From: an uncultured archaeon
GTDB lineage: Archaea > Aenigmatarchaeota > Aenigmatarchaeia > QMZP01
Reading direction: 5' to 3'
DNA length: 60,973 nucleotides
Assembly (NCBI GenBank): GCA_964353635.1
Contig: CAYGVS010000003.1
Coordinates: 1 to 60,973 of the forward strand
This document shows positions 34,340 to 44,733 of this stretch, piece after piece. The translations under genes and the position numbers were made by a program. Each line of letters opens with the position of its first letter. Position 1 is the stretch's first letter. The notes below the pieces were generated by a model. The model had not been told where the DNA came from, did no database searches, and was given only the letters and a program-made list of their open reading frames with translations.

Positions 34340-35557
34340 TTACTTGTTCCCTGGAAGATGTATTTTGACCACGTCAAGCTCCTCTACTTTGAGAGGGATT
34401 TCCAAAACGGATGAGAAGGAAGGCCTTGTCCTTCCGCTGTCCCCGTTTATGAGCTCCTTGATGTAAAGGCCTGCCGATCCCTTTATGGTGAACTCTATCC
34501 TGTTCTTTGGCATGAGCTTCCAGGAAACCGACTTCATGCGCTTTACCCTTGTCTTGTCAGCCCTCCTGTGCATGACCCTGGCTGGCGTCTGCTGGTTTAT
34601 CAGGGAAAGCTTCCTGAGTTTTGGAAGAAGCTCCCTGGGTATTGGTTTCTCAGAAGAGGCAATAGCCCTGTAGGTCTTGTCAGGCATGAGGCTCTTGACC
34701 TTCACGACCTCCTTCCTGTCAGAATACCGCATGCCGGAAACAGCCACCTTTTTTGTGCGGCCTATTTCAGCCTCCATCTTGGCAAGCTGGAAGGCGCGCT
34801 TCTTTGGTGATTCTATTTCCAGGACGAAAGGCCTCCATGCAAGGCACCTGGCATCAATGTCCTCCCTCCCCGAGGCATGCAGCGAGTGCCCGCTTCCGCC
34901 TGATTCCCTCATGAAAGGCTTGGCGATTATGTCTTCTACTGTCTCCTTGTACATCTCCCATTTGGTTTGGGGAATCCCTCTCACAAGCTTCCGGTATCTC
35001 CCATAGACGTAGACCGGGTTAATCTGCAACCTCAGCGCATTCTTCTCCAGGTCAAGGATGAACGCCACATCAGGATTGCTTTCGTCCGGTTCCTTTCCGG
35101 TCTTTGCGGCTATCAGCTTGCCCAGCTCCCTGTTTATCTCTGATTTTATAGGCTCGCAGTTCTCAATCCCGATCTCCTCCCACAGCTCCTCTTCCTTGTG
35201 TACAAGCGAGCTGCTTAGCTTTGTGGAGACCACGAATGTCCTGCACTCTATCCTTGCTAATTTCTTTCCAGCCTGGCTGGCCCATTTCCCCAGCTCATCG
35301 AAGAGGCTGCCGCATATGCTGCATGGCTCGTGCTTCTCCTGGATGGGGATTTTTTTCTTCCTGAAGTCAAGTCCGGAGAAGTTGGCCTTGTCTGTGGGGA
35401 AGGGCTTCATGGAGTATTCCATAGCCAGAATAATCCGTAGGGAGCGGCCCCTCTCCCTGTTAGTGAACCCAGAGAGTATCTGCGCGAACTGCCTTCCCAT
35501 GCAGTTGTCGCACACGTAGCCTTTCTGCAGGATTTCCTTCGCGGTTTCGAGGATCAT
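34340..35557 (-). CDS. pus10: tRNA pseudouridine synthase Pus10 (full length)
   Basis: Zn ribbon CDNCMGRQF...CSICGSLF, THUMP-like middle, catalytic GREDIDARCLAWRPF, and a complete C-terminal lobe. Confidence 0.85.
   Translation of the reverse strand: MILETAKEILQKGYVCDNCMGRQFAQILSGFTNRERGRSLRIILAMEYSMKPFPTDKANFSGLDFRKKKIPIQEKHEPCSICGSLFDELGKWASQAGKKLARIECRTFVVSTKLSSSLVHKEEELWEEIGIENCEPIKSEINRELGKLIAAKTGKEPDESNPDVAFILDLEKNALRLQINPVYVYGRYRKLVRGIPQTKWEMYKETVEDIIAKPFMRESGGSGHSLHASGREDIDARCLAWRPFVLEIESPKKRAFQLAKMEAEIGRTKKVAVSGMRYSDRKEVVKVKSLMPDKTYRAIASSEKPIPRELLPKLRKLSLINQQTPARVMHRRADKTRVKRMKSVSWKLMPKNRIEFTIKGSAGLYIKELINGDSGRTRPSFSSVLEIPLKVEELDVVKIHLPGNK
34691..35089. repeat. 399-bp near-identical tract shared with 36209-36607
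   Basis: Hand alignment at offset 1518 gives 3 mismatches in 399 nt. Identity drops clearly on the 5'-coding side and vanishes on the 3'-coding side. Confidence 0.9.
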
Positions 35558-35593
35558 GGGTATAGTTTGCCTGGTGGGAATATAAATTAAGAA

Positions 35594-37108
35594 TTAGCCT
35601 ATCTTGTATCCTAATAGTTTTAGCCTTTCAGTATATTTCCCAATCTTTTCGCTTTTCTTTCTTGGGTCCAAAAGCGGATCTTCTTTTGCTATCTTGATGG
35701 CCTTATGAAAATCTCCGATGATATCATAAACTGGCCTGAGGCGTGCTTCAAAGCCGTTGATTTTCATTGTCGTGTTGTTTTCCCAATTACTGCTCAGAGC
35801 ATGAGATATTGCGCCTGGATCCATCAAGTCGAATTTAACGCTGCCAAGATTAAACTTGAGATGATCAAGAAATTCGGCCGATATGCTTTCCAATTTGTTT
35901 GGTATTCCCAAGCTATTAAGGGTTTTCGCGATTGCATGTGCGTAAGCTTCTTTTCCTGCGACAATTATGTCTATGTCAGAGGACTCTAAAAGCGCATCTT
36001 GAAGAACCAGGCTTGCTCCGCCGAATACTATGAAATCAGAAGACCTAGGTATGTATTTAGTTTTGGTCTCATATATTCTTGGCTCCGGAATTATTCCATG
36101 TTTTCCCATCATTTGATAGAAACTTATGAGGGCATCAGACAGAATTTCCTTTTTCATGAGGCTTTTGTTTGTGTTTAGATATTTAACCTCGTTGAGGGAA
36201 AACGAAGAGCTCTTGACCTTCACGACCTCCATCCTGTCAGAATACCGCATGCCGGAAACAGCCACTTTTTTTGTGCGGCCTATTTCAGCCTCCATCTTGG
36301 CAAGCTGGAAGCCGCGCTTCTTTGGTGATTCTATTTCCAGGACGAAAGGCCTCCATGCAAGGCACCTGGCATCAATGTCCTCCCTCCCCGAGGCATGCAG
36401 CGAGTGCCCGCTTCCGCCTGATTCCCTCATGAAAGGCTTGGCGATTATGTCTTCTACTGTCTCCTTGTACATCTCCCATTTGGTTTGGGGAATCCCTCTC
36501 ACAAGCTTCCGGTATCTCCCATAGACGTAGACCGGGTTAATCTGCAACCTCAGCGCATTCTTCTCCAGGTCAAGGATGAACGCCACATCAGGATTGCTTT
36601 CGTCCGGCTCCTTTCCAGTCTTCTCAGCAATCAGCTTGCCCAGCTCCCTGTTCACCTCTGATTTAATGGGCTCGCAGTGCTCTATACCTATGTCCTCCCA
36701 CAGGGATTCCTCATTCTGGACAAGCGCCCTGCTAAGCATTGTGGACACCACGAAGGTCCTGCATTCGATTCCAGCCAGCTTCTTTTCCGCCTGGCCGGCC
36801 CACTTATCAAGGTTTTCAAAGAGGCCGCTGCAGGTTTTACAAGGCTCATGTCTATCCGGCATTTGGATTTTTTTTCTGAAGTTCAGGCCTGAGAAATTCG
36901 CCTTATCTATCGGGAAAGGCTTTATGGAGTACTCCATGGCCAGAGCAATCCGTATGGAGCAGCCCCTTTCCCTGTTCGTGAATCCAGAAAGGAGCTGAGC
37001 GAACTGACGGCCCAGGCAATTATCGCAGACGTATCCTTTCTGGAGGATTTCCTTGGAGGTATCGAGAACCATGGGTATAATTTCAATCGCAAGAATAAAA
37101 ACTATCAT
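35594..37108 (-). CDS. Chimeric protein: Pus10 N-terminal ~300 aa fused to a Pol-beta-type nucleotidyltransferase-like C-terminal domain
   Basis: The N-terminal part parallels Pus10 up to ...MRYSDRMEVVKVKS. It then continues as an unrelated ~205 aa with FGGASLVLQDALLESSDIDIIV (hGG-x13-DhD). The ATG at 37108 overlaps the upstream stop (ATGA). An alternative ATG at 37072 (MVLDTSKEIL) aligns with the Pus10 start. Confidence 0.75.
   Translation of the reverse strand: MIVFILAIEIIPMVLDTSKEILQKGYVCDNCLGRQFAQLLSGFTNRERGCSIRIALAMEYSIKPFPIDKANFSGLNFRKKIQMPDRHEPCKTCSGLFENLDKWAGQAEKKLAGIECRTFVVSTMLSRALVQNEESLWEDIGIEHCEPIKSEVNRELGKLIAEKTGKEPDESNPDVAFILDLEKNALRLQINPVYVYGRYRKLVRGIPQTKWEMYKETVEDIIAKPFMRESGGSGHSLHASGREDIDARCLAWRPFVLEIESPKKRGFQLAKMEAEIGRTKKVAVSGMRYSDRMEVVKVKSSSFSLNEVKYLNTNKSLMKKEILSDALISFYQMMGKHGIIPEPRIYETKTKYIPRSSDFIVFGGASLVLQDALLESSDIDIIVAGKEAYAHAIAKTLNSLGIPNKLESISAEFLDHLKFNLGSVKFDLMDPGAISHALSSNWENNTTMKINGFEARLRPVYDIIGDFHKAIKIAKEDPLLDPRKKSEKIGKYTERLKLLGYKIG
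36209..36607. repeat. 399-bp near-identical tract shared with 34691-35089
   Basis: See 34691-35089. The lower boundary (36209) coincides with the fusion junction. Confidence 0.9.
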
Positions 37109-38478
37109 TCTGCCAAAGGCCGCTGCTCTTGCTCTGAGGACGCGCTATCATTCTTGCTTTCCTCCTGCGGCACCACTATGCTCACCTTTTTCCCGCTGCT
37201 CTTGAAGATTATGTCCTCGAGCTCCTGCTTCTGTCTCTCCATCTCCTTCCTTATGCTCTCCTTGTCCTGGGCAGAGGCATTGAGCACTTTCTCCAGGGAG
37301 GCAATCTCGTCAAGGTTCCTCCTTATGCTGTTCTCGAGGTGGGCCTTCCGTTCAATGGCCCATTCATACCTGCTTCTTTCCCTTTCAAGCACCTTGGTTT
37401 CCTCAACTTTTTCATTGTAGTCGTACTTCAGGCTTCTTACGTCTGTATCCAGCCTGGAGGCAAGATCGTCTATCTTCTGCTTTTCGCTGTCCTTAAGGCT
37501 CACCTTCTCTTCCATTGCCGCCTTCCTTGTAATAAGCAACACCTCCCTGATTTGCTTCTCTTCACATTTCATGATGGCCTCGAAAGGCCTGTTTATCATG
37601 CTTTCCAGCGCAATCTCCTGCTCCTTCAGGATAGGATAGTTCTTGCTGACAAGGTACTCAAGCTTCTTGAGGGGCCTCTGGACAGAGGAAATCTCATCTG
37701 TTATGTGGTCCTTGAGAGCACTAATGGCTCTTCTGTTCTTCTCTAACTGCTCTCCTATGCTGTTGTATTCGGCGTATTCATGCCCCTTGACTATGCTGTC
37801 TATCTCAGCCAGGTGCTTCTCAGTCTTGTTCCTGAGGTCCTTTATGCGCATCTGTATCCCGCCTTCCTCCTTTTCCACGGTGCTCAGCCTCATCTTCAGG
37901 ATGGACTGTTGGTCCTTCTTGGACTTTATGCTGTGGGCCAGCTGTATGGTCTCCCCTTCAGCTTCCAAGAACTCCTTGAGGATAGAGACGTTCTCCTGCG
38001 TTTCCTTTATCCTCTCGATGACTGCGGAGCTATCCTTGCTGAAATAAGTCGAAAGAAGATATGCCTGCTTTGGCGTGATGCTGCTCATGTCAGCCAGCGC
38101 TTCCTCTGCAGCTTCCATGAACTGCTTGAGTATGTTGAAGTCGACTGGCTTGCCATTGAAATCCTGGATACCGCTGACAAGCGTGTGAATTCTTTTGACA
38201 AAAAGCTCCTTGGTCATGTTCACGACAGGCCCCAGCTTGTCAGGGCTCTCGAATTTCGCTGACTCCAGGATGTCTGCGGATTCCTTGATTCTCTGGAATC
38301 CCTTCATTATCCCTGAGTACAGCTCGTTGGCCCTCTCATGCTTGTCCTTGATCTTGCCTGCAAGCGTCTGGTTGACCCAGTCGCTGACCTCGTCTATGTG
38401 CACCTCTGTCTTCTCCGGCGCTTGCTCCGGGGCTTGCTCCTGCTCCTTTTTCTTCTTGAAAATATCGAATATCCCCAT
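37105..38478 (-). CDS. Coiled-coil protein, 457 aa, function unknown
   Basis: Long uninterrupted ORF. Heptad-rich K/E sequence. N-terminus MGIFDIFKKKK followed by an acidic linker. No catalytic motif recognised. Confidence 0.6.
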   Translation of the reverse strand: MGIFDIFKKKKEQEQAPEQAPEKTEVHIDEVSDWVNQTLAGKIKDKHERANELYSGIMKGFQRIKESADILESAKFESPDKLGPVVNMTKELFVKRIHTLVSGIQDFNGKPVDFNILKQFMEAAEEALADMSSITPKQAYLLSTYFSKDSSAVIERIKETQENVSILKEFLEAEGETIQLAHSIKSKKDQQSILKMRLSTVEKEEGGIQMRIKDLRNKTEKHLAEIDSIVKGHEYAEYNSIGEQLEKNRRAISALKDHITDEISSVQRPLKKLEYLVSKNYPILKEQEIALESMINRPFEAIMKCEEKQIREVLLITRKAAMEEKVSLKDSEKQKIDDLASRLDTDVRSLKYDYNEKVEETKVLERERSRYEWAIERKAHLENSIRRNLDEIASLEKVLNASAQDKESIRKEMERQKQELEDIIFKSSGKKVSIVVPQEESKNDSASSEQEQRPLAE

Positions 38479-38619
38479 CTCGCCACCACGCAGCTGCCTG
38501 AAATCCCTGCTATAGAATTGGATGTAAGGAATTTAAGGGGTTCATGGCGGATAGCCACTGCTTCCTTCCCTGCTTTTCGGCCAGCGGGTTTTATATCAGA
38601 CCCCTGGCAAATATAATTC

Positions 38620-39774
38620 ATGAAACCCGCATTGCTTGACGGCAACGCAGCGGCTGCCTGGGGAGGCAGGCTTTCCAGGGTGCAGGTCGTTCCCAATTTT
38701 CCTGTGACCCCGCAGACAGAGCTCATCGAAAGGTTTGCTGAATGGAAGGCCAAGGGAGAATGGAAAGGTGAGTTCCTCCCGATGGAATCAGAGCACAGCG
38801 TCCTTGCAGCTGCGATAGCTGCTTCTGCCACAGGAGCTAGGGTATTCAGCGGCAGTTCGTCCCAGGGGCTCATGCTCATGCATGAGATGACGTATGTGGC
38901 CTCAGGGATGAGGGTGCCTGTAGTGATGATTAATGTGTCTAGGGCATTGTCCGCGCCCATATCCCTTTGGCCTGACCACAATGACATTCTTGGACAGAGG
39001 GATTCCGGGTGGCTGATATTCTTCTGCGAGAGCAATCAGGAGGTCCTGGACACAGTGATACAATCCTTCAGGATTTGCGAGAATGAACGTGTGCTTCTCC
39101 CTGCATTCGTCAACATGGAGGGCTTCGTCCTTTCATACACAAGGGAGCCTACCAAAATCCCAGAGCAGAAGGCTGTTGACAGGTTCCTGCCCAAGTACAG
39201 GCCGAAGGTTTATCTTGACCCCAAGAAGCCCATGGCCATGGGTGTTGGAGTGATGAAGGAGTATCCATATTTCCGCAGTCAGGTCTATCTTGCCCAGAGG
39301 AATGCTTTGGATGTCATCCAGGAAGTGCACAAGGAATGGGGGAAAAAGTTTGGAAGGGAGTATGGTTTGGTCGAGGAGTTCATGATGGATGGAGCCAAAG
39401 CTGCCCTGATAAGCATGGGCGCGAACAGCTCCATTGCAAAGGCTGCTGTAAAAAGCCTCAGGTCTAACGGCGTGTCCGTAGGCCTTCTCAGGCTGAGGGT
39501 TTACAGGCCGTTCCCTAGAGAGCAGATAAGGAAGTCCCTGGAAGGCGTGGAAGCGGTTGGGGTAATAGACCAGAACCTTTCTCCAGGCTATGGAGGAATA
39601 GTCTATCCAGAGATAAGGGACTGCATTTATGACAGGAAGGTCCCTGTGAGCGATTTCATTGCAGGACTGGGAGGAAGGAATATCTCCCAGCAGGAGCTCG
39701 AGCAGTTCGGTGCAGAAGTTGCAAAAACAGCGAATTCCGGGAAGTCCCTCGTCCTTTGGCAGGAAGTTGATTGA
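38620..39774 (+). CDS. porA: 2-oxoacid (pyruvate):ferredoxin oxidoreductase alpha subunit
   Basis: LLDGNAAAAWG...VVPNFPVTPQTELIE...ESEHSVLAAAIAASATGARVFSGSSSQGL.LMHE follows the PorA/KorA pattern. Confidence 0.85.
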   Translation: MKPALLDGNAAAAWGGRLSRVQVVPNFPVTPQTELIERFAEWKAKGEWKGEFLPMESEHSVLAAAIAASATGARVFSGSSSQGLMLMHEMTYVASGMRVPVVMINVSRALSAPISLWPDHNDILGQRDSGWLIFFCESNQEVLDTVIQSFRICENERVLLPAFVNMEGFVLSYTREPTKIPEQKAVDRFLPKYRPKVYLDPKKPMAMGVGVMKEYPYFRSQVYLAQRNALDVIQEVHKEWGKKFGREYGLVEEFMMDGAKAALISMGANSSIAKAAVKSLRSNGVSVGLLRLRVYRPFPREQIRKSLEGVEAVGVIDQNLSPGYGGIVYPEIRDCIYDRKVPVSDFIAGLGGRNISQQELEQFGAEVAKTANSGKSLVLWQEVD

Positions 39775-39851
39775 AATCAACTTCGGTCCAGAAATGGCAG
39801 GAAGTTGACTGATGTCAACTTCAGTCTTCAATCGGCAGGAAGTAGGGCAGG
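39757..39851 (+). repeat. 2.5 tandem units (~38-39 nt) each starting tggcaggaagt; two carry perfect 9-bp hairpins
   Basis: Hairpin gaagttgat-tgaa-atcaacttc (39763-39784) has the porA stop TGA in its loop. The second hairpin is gaagttgac-tgat-gtcaacttc (39801-39822). A third partial unit is ggcaggaagtagggcagg. Confidence 0.8.
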
Positions 39852-39852
39852 C

Positions 39853-39933
39853 TTAGATGTGAATCGGCAAGTATAGCCCTATAATATATCCCAAGATAAC
39901 TCCAATGATGAATGCTATAATGTATTCTTTCAT
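39853..39933 (-). CDS. Possible 26-aa single-helix membrane micropeptide
   Basis: MKEYIIAFIIGVILGYIIGLYLPIHI starts 10 nt after the stop of the upstream coiled-coil gene. Very short, so weak. Confidence 0.2.
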   Translation of the reverse strand: MKEYIIAFIIGVILGYIIGLYLPIHI

Positions 39934-39943
39934 GCCAAACGCC

Positions 39944-40420
39944 TCACTCAAGTATGAGCGGCTGTGACGCCTTCAGTATCTTGATTTTTTCCTCCATCTC
40001 ACTCATCCTTTCCACTAACGGGTCCAAATCGAACTTCTGCATGCTGCCTTCGAGCCAGTGACTCTTCGCCTTGAGGCTTTCAAGGTCCCTTGTCAGGCTC
40101 TTCATGTTAAGCCTGTTCATCTCCTCTTCCAGGCTCATCACTCTGGCCATGTCATCCTTTAGGAACTTTATTTCAGCTTCCATCTTCTCAACCAGGTGGG
40201 TGTTTTTCTTTATGCTCTCCCTGACCTCGCTTTTGAGATGCTGGAACTCCCTTGCTATATCCTCCTCAAGGGTTCTGATGTTCCTGTCAGAAAGGATTGA
40301 GCTCTTGAGCGTCTCTATCTCCAGCTGCATCCCCCTTATCTCGCTAAGGACAGCAGCCGTGCCATTATCTGGCTGTTCGTGTTTCTCAGGAGCATGCTTC
40401 TTAAGCATGAGTTTGCGCAT
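39944..40420 (-). CDS. Coiled-coil protein (~158 aa)
   Basis: The start is set at MRKLMLKK (ATG 40420) because the longer ORF overlaps the upstream gene and a tttttatt box lies ~25 nt upstream. Heptad-like E/K/L-rich sequence. Confidence 0.55.
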   Translation of the reverse strand: MRKLMLKKHAPEKHEQPDNGTAAVLSEIRGMQLEIETLKSSILSDRNIRTLEEDIAREFQHLKSEVRESIKKNTHLVEKMEAEIKFLKDDMARVMSLEEEMNRLNMKSLTRDLESLKAKSHWLEGSMQKFDLDPLVERMSEMEEKIKILKASQPLILE

Positions 40421-40461
40421 GAATATAATTTGGATTGACTGAATAAAAAGCCCGCGGAATC

Positions 40462-40932
40462 TCAGAGCTCCTGCTTCAGGCTGTAGCCCTTGCACACGCT
40501 GTTGAGAACCTGCACCTCTGTCAGCTGGCCTGCCAGATTCTCTGTTATGTTGGCCTCTATGACAATGGATTCAGAAGGCTTGAGGGAGTTGTCAGCATCA
40601 ATCTGCTCTTTTGCCGGGAAGGATTTGTATCCAGTGCCCTGTATGTAGACCTGGAAAGAGAATCCGTAAAGGTTGATTGTGCCGGTATTGATTATCTTGG
40701 CTCTAAGCCAGTCGCTTCCACCTGAAAAATCCCATTCCACACCGTTGCTTCCGAAGGAGGAGTCGAAATCATAGCTTGTGCTCTGGCATGTTATCTGGCT
40801 ATTGGCGTTCTGTCCTGTGCTGTTAGCTTGATTTCTGGCGAGGTTTAATGCCCATGGCCCTATGATCCCTGCTATCACCACTATGATGGATATCACGAGA
40901 ATCGTGGATAGGATAGCGTCAATGGCTTTCAT
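40462..40932 (-). CDS. Archaeal type IV pilin-like protein (Pilin_N-type N-terminus)
   Basis: MKAIDAILSTILVISIIVVIAGIIGPW resembles the archaeal pilin N-terminal helix (..A.S.VI...L...I.V....). The beta-rich remainder follows. ATGA overlap with the upstream gene. Confidence 0.6.
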   Translation of the reverse strand: MKAIDAILSTILVISIIVVIAGIIGPWALNLARNQANSTGQNANSQITCQSTSYDFDSSFGSNGVEWDFSGGSDWLRAKIINTGTINLYGFSFQVYIQGTGYKSFPAKEQIDADNSLKPSESIVIEANITENLAGQLTEVQVLNSVCKGYSLKQEL

Positions 40933-41642
40933 ATCTCCGAACCTTCTATTTCGAGGAAATCGGCTCCTGACTCCAGCGTGAATTTAACCGTATATCCGGC
41001 GTAGACAGAATCCATGTGGCTGTATAGGGTCGCGTATGCCAGGTCCGTCCCGGACTGCTCAAGTGCTGTGAAGCCTGTGCCGGATTTTGATGAATCCATG
41101 CCATCGAGGCTAATGTCAAGCGACTGGATTGGCATCCGCTGGCCTGAGTCCTTCTGGTAGACAGCAAGAAGTATCTGGTCTGTGCTATAGCTCTGGTGGC
41201 TTGATGGTGAGCCTATTTTGCGGAAATAGGCCTTTATGTGCTCGTTTTCCAGGACATAGGACTGTGTCCCTTCAAAGATGTCCTCATAAGCCTGCGTATC
41301 AAGCTTGGAGCCGAATATCACATTTCCGAAACTCACGCTGGTCCTGGGGGAGATAAGAAGGCTTTCAGAATCAAAATCCCAGAATATTCTGTCTGAGCTG
41401 CCGTTGAAGGAAAGCCTGCCTGTATCGAACTTGAGGCTCACTGTCCTTTTCGAGCCATTGCCTTCAGAGGCCACTTCATGCGTGATGCTGTCCATCTCCG
41501 AGAACACGCCCTTCATCTTCTCCAAGGCTGCGGCATGCTGCATCCTCAGGACTACGGGCATCCCTGCATTATAAACTATTACCGTGGCTGCCAGCGTCAG
41601 GCCAATGAATATGACAGCAGAAATCAGGGCTATGGCTTTCAT
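40929..41642 (-). CDS. Archaeal type IV pilin-like protein (Pilin_N-type N-terminus)
   Basis: MKAIALISAVIFIGLTLAATVIVYNAG, followed by a beta-rich body. Confidence 0.6.
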   Translation of the reverse strand: MKAIALISAVIFIGLTLAATVIVYNAGMPVVLRMQHAAALEKMKGVFSEMDSITHEVASEGNGSKRTVSLKFDTGRLSFNGSSDRIFWDFDSESLLISPRTSVSFGNVIFGSKLDTQAYEDIFEGTQSYVLENEHIKAYFRKIGSPSSHQSYSTDQILLAVYQKDSGQRMPIQSLDISLDGMDSSKSGTGFTALEQSGTDLAYATLYSHMDSVYAGYTVKFTLESGADFLEIEGSEI

Positions 41643-41703
41643 GGATTATATTTGTCCTGATGGTTAAAATTGATTTTTTAAACCCTCCATTCATGTATAA
41701 ACC

Positions 41704-43811
<2,108 letters not shown>

Positions 43812-43812
43812 T

Positions 43813-44733
43813 ATGGAGACTGCGCTCGTAACCGGCGGGGCAGGGTTCTTGGGCTCCTGGCTTTGCCAGGACCTTGCCAAGAGCTATAGCGTCGTATGTG
43901 TTGACAATTTCTTGACAGGGAAAAAGCAGAACATAGCTCATCTTCTTGAAAGCAAATGCTTCAAGCTGCTCAGCCATGACGTTTCAAAGCCTCTGGCATA
44001 TGAAGGCAGAGTCGACCATATCTTCCATCTTTCCTCTCCTGCGTCTCCGGTTGATTACCAGAAGGTTCCGGTGGAAACCATGCTCGCCAATTCTTTGGGG
44101 ACCTATAACATGCTCAACCTGGCCGCTTCTAAGAAGGCCAAATTCCTGCTGGCCAGCACGAGCGAAGTCTATGGGGATCCCAAGGAGCATCCTCAAAGCG
44201 AAGACTATTGGGGCAATGTTAATCCGGTGGGTCCCAGGAGCTGCTATGATGAATCCAAGAGGTTCGCTGAGGCCTTGACTATGGCTTACTTCAGGAAGGG
44301 AGTGAACGCCAGGATAGTGAGGATATTCAACACGTATGGCCCGAGGATGAGGAAGGACGATGGCCGTGTCATCCCGAACTTCATCACGCAGGCGCTGTCA
44401 GGCAGTCCGATGACTGTTTATGGTGACGGAAAGCAGACCAGGAGCTTCTGCTTTGTTTCAGACCTCATATCTGGCCTGGAGAAGGCCATGTTCTCCGGCC
44501 CTGCCGGAGAGGTATTCAATCTGGGGAATCCTGACGAGCACAGTGTGATTGAGCTTGCGAATATCGTAAGGAGGATGGCTTCGTCAAAATCAGAGATTGT
44601 TCTCAAGGATTTGCCGGTGGATGACCCGGTGAAAAGGAAGCCTGACATAAGCAAGGCAAAGAAATATCTTGGATGGTCTCCAAAGGTTAGTCTGGAGGAA
44701 GGTTTGAGGAAGACCATAGAGGCATTCAGATGA
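43813..44733 (+). CDS. UDP-glucuronate decarboxylase (UDP-xylose synthase)-like SDR
   Basis: VTGGAGFLGSWL, YDESKR (YxxxK) and the RIFNTYGPRM motif typical of UXS. It lies directly after ugd. Confidence 0.8.
   Translation: METALVTGGAGFLGSWLCQDLAKSYSVVCVDNFLTGKKQNIAHLLESKCFKLLSHDVSKPLAYEGRVDHIFHLSSPASPVDYQKVPVETMLANSLGTYNMLNLAASKKAKFLLASTSEVYGDPKEHPQSEDYWGNVNPVGPRSCYDESKRFAEALTMAYFRKGVNARIVRIFNTYGPRMRKDDGRVIPNFITQALSGSPMTVYGDGKQTRSFCFVSDLISGLEKAMFSGPAGEVFNLGNPDEHSVIELANIVRRMASSKSEIVLKDLPVDDPVKRKPDISKAKKYLGWSPKVSLEEGLRKTIEAFR

Noticed and set aside
38394-39831. Minus-strand ORFs 38394-39035 and 39133-39831 opposite porA; similarly 27738-28244 opposite the helicase, 16045-16719 opposite the adhesin-like gene, and 42810-43880 opposite the NTP-transferase
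   Set aside because: Each overlaps a gene with strong family motifs on the other strand, and none has recognisable motifs of its own.
39757-39851. Possible CRISPR array (short palindromic repeats at regular ~38-nt spacing)
   Set aside because: There are only 2.5 units. The whole unit, including the would-be spacer, is repeated. No unique spacers and no cas genes appear in the window. The first unit is part of the porA coding sequence.
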